The position numbers were made by a program, and so were the translations under genes. Below are positions 62,001 to 64,000 of a stretch of DNA of 64,000 nt, one piece after another; the first letter of the stretch is position 1; each line of letters begins with the position of its first letter. The stretch comes from Basidiobolus meristosporus CBS 931.73. Its lineage: Eukaryota; Fungi; Basidiobolomycota. The stretch lies in the NCBI GenBank assembly GCA_002104905.1, contig MCFE01000031.1, positions 1-64,000 on the forward strand, written 5' to 3'. The notes beneath the pieces are model-generated. The model was given only the letters and a program-made list of their open reading frames with translations. It had not been told where the DNA came from and did no database searches.

Positions 62001-64000
62001 GCTTGGGTGGACCATCGCTGTGCATCTACAAGCGCATGATCAACAAGATCTACGGGAAAGAGCAAGGGGCCGCAGTAATTGACGCAGTCCACAATAGCCC
62101 AGCAATTGCTGTGCCGGTGGTTCTGAAGCGATTGAAGCAAAAGGATGAGGAGTGGAGACGGGCCAGACGGGAGTGGAATCGAGTCTGGCGTGAGGTGGAT
62201 GTCAAGAACTTCTACAAAGCTTTGGACTATCAGAACGTGAGCTTCAAGTCCAATGACCGCAAACTGATCACTCCCAAATACCTCACCACTGAGATCGAGA
62301 CTATCAAGCGAGAGCAGCGGGACCGGTACCCTCCTGACGTCAGGCCCGCCTACCAGTTCGAGTTTCAGTTTGATGATCCCGAAGTATTCCGTGATATCAC
62401 TCGAATCCTGTTCTCTTCTCTAGGGAAGCAGGGCGGGTTCTCCAATTCCGACAAAGAGTGCATCGAGAGCTTCATCAAGGACTTCATCAGGGAATTCTTC
62501 GGTTTGGAGAAGATCGAGCATGAGCGAATTGAAGACAATGACGACGCCAGCAGTGTTCACACCGATGATACTGATAACGAATCCCGGGCTTCGGAGGACG
62601 AGGATTCCATGAGCTCACAGCAGGACAGTGACGAGCAGAAAGAGAGAGAGAAAGAGACCTTGGCCAACGGTGTGGAGAAATCGACCCCGCCAGAGAGTAT
62701 GGACACCGACTCTGAAGGTGCCCATGCTGACAATGAAGAATCAATCACATCCGCTGCTTCTTCACCACAGGCTAGATCTGTTGAAGACAACACTGCTGAC
62801 AATAAGGTGGATGCAAAGGAGACTGACTCGGGGCTGGCAAAACCAAGCACCCCAAGCAAAGACGAGTCCCGCCAGCCGGCCACCTGGATTCAAATCAAAA
62901 CGCCAAAAATCGAACCCAGGCGGAAAACATCGTTCAACTTCTACGGGAGCAATGTGTTTTATGTTTTCTTCCGGCTGTACCAGCTACTCTATTCGCGAGT
63001 GGAATCAGTCAAGGATAAAGCTGACAAGGTCCCGAGAAAGGTTCCTCATTCCGAAACCAAATCTGTGGCTGGCTCCCTGTCACTCCGGCATCGAGTAGCT
63101 GTGTTGGGAGACATGGATTATGCCAACGCAGACTACTACCAAGAATTCCTTGATCTTGTCGATCGTCTGTTCGATGGAGAGATCGATCAACAGGCCTACG
63201 AGGAAGGAATGCGGTACCTATTCGGAATCCACGCCTACGTGGTGTTCACCATCGATAAGCTTGTTAATGGCCATTCTGCGTCAGATCCAAACCATCGTAC
63301 TAGAGCCCAAGTGCAAAGACTTGATTGATCTGTTCACCAAGGAAAACCACTCCGACACCACCAGTTTCAGGCAACAGATGATGTATCGCTCGAAAGCAGA
63401 GAATGTCATCGACAGCGAGGAGAGCCTGTACCGGATCGAATGTGTGCATAGCAAGAACACTGTCATGATCCAGCTCCTCAACCGCGAGGACACAGTTCTC
63501 GATTCAGCGGTGTCACTGGAGGAAAAGTGGTCCATGTATATTGACAGCTATGTTCTGCTCACGCCCACCAAGGATGTTGTCCAACCCGAAAACAAGCCAT
63601 TCCTGGTGAGAAATAGGCCATCGAACCTGCCGGAGGAGTTGCCGCAGGATGCAATCATGCACAGCGGTCTGGAGTTGAAGATATGCGTCAACACGCTGAA
63701 AACCTATTTCGTGGCCAACACCGAGGATTACTTCCAGCGCAGAAGAAAGCCCGTCTCTGAGAGCGACCTAGAGAATACCAAGCGGAAAAAGCACCAGAAA
63801 TGGCGGAAGTGGCTGGATGGTGACCTGGGGTGGTCACGTGGAAAGCCCCGAGATGAGCTGGAAAAGAAATGCGAGCAATGGTTCACGGGAAAATCCCTCG
63901 ACCTGAAGGACTTGACGACGGTCAAGGAGGATGTCAAGACCCAGTCGTTGGAGTACAGAATCTTCGAAACACCCAAGCAAGATCCGGCAAGTTCCAATAG
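59077..64000 (+). CDS. SIN3: Sin3 corepressor (PAH1-3, HDAC-interacting domain), 3'-truncated by the window, with an apparent 1-nt frameshift at about 63270
   Basis: [60 protein letters not shown] and [16 protein letters not shown] short first exon at 59077 splices in frame. Confidence 0.96.

Noticed and set aside
52530-63330. Programmed frameshifting or RNA editing as the explanation for the Nup and SIN3 frameshifts
   Set aside because: No slippery heptamers or shared context. Isolated 1-nt indels in short runs fit sequencing error better.

Overview
This is gene-dense eukaryotic (fungal) genomic DNA with short GT-AG introns (mostly about 50-70 nt). The gene complement and intron density suggest an early-diverging fungus (Zoopagomycota/Mucoromycota-like); this is inference only. 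The first ~4 kb is degenerate, extremely CpG-depleted Ty1/copia retroelement sequence with a nested insertion and an inverted extra LTR. It is followed by an intronless vWA-domain gene, an adjacent GlcNAc catabolic pair (DAC1/nagA plus NAG1/nagB), an IQ-motif protein, CK2-beta, and a tail-to-tail inverted pair of bacterial-looking MFS transporters showing mosaic gene conversion. The rest is mostly housekeeping genes: DBF2, NC2-alpha, YCII, RPL7, HSH49, Mn-CDF, Tay1/Teb1-like telobox protein, PEP4, an FG-GAP-like propeller, MAPEG, GUF1, CTK3, REV7, bHLH, ERV29, eIF2B-gamma, IMG2, Nup1/Nup153-like, CreB-like USP, PKA catalytic subunit and SIN3 (which runs off the end). No tRNA, rRNA or CRISPR array was recognised. 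Single-base frameshifts in four genes (both MFS copies, the nucleoporin, SIN3) point to residual assembly indels. Exon boundaries were read by eye and some gene ends are approximate.
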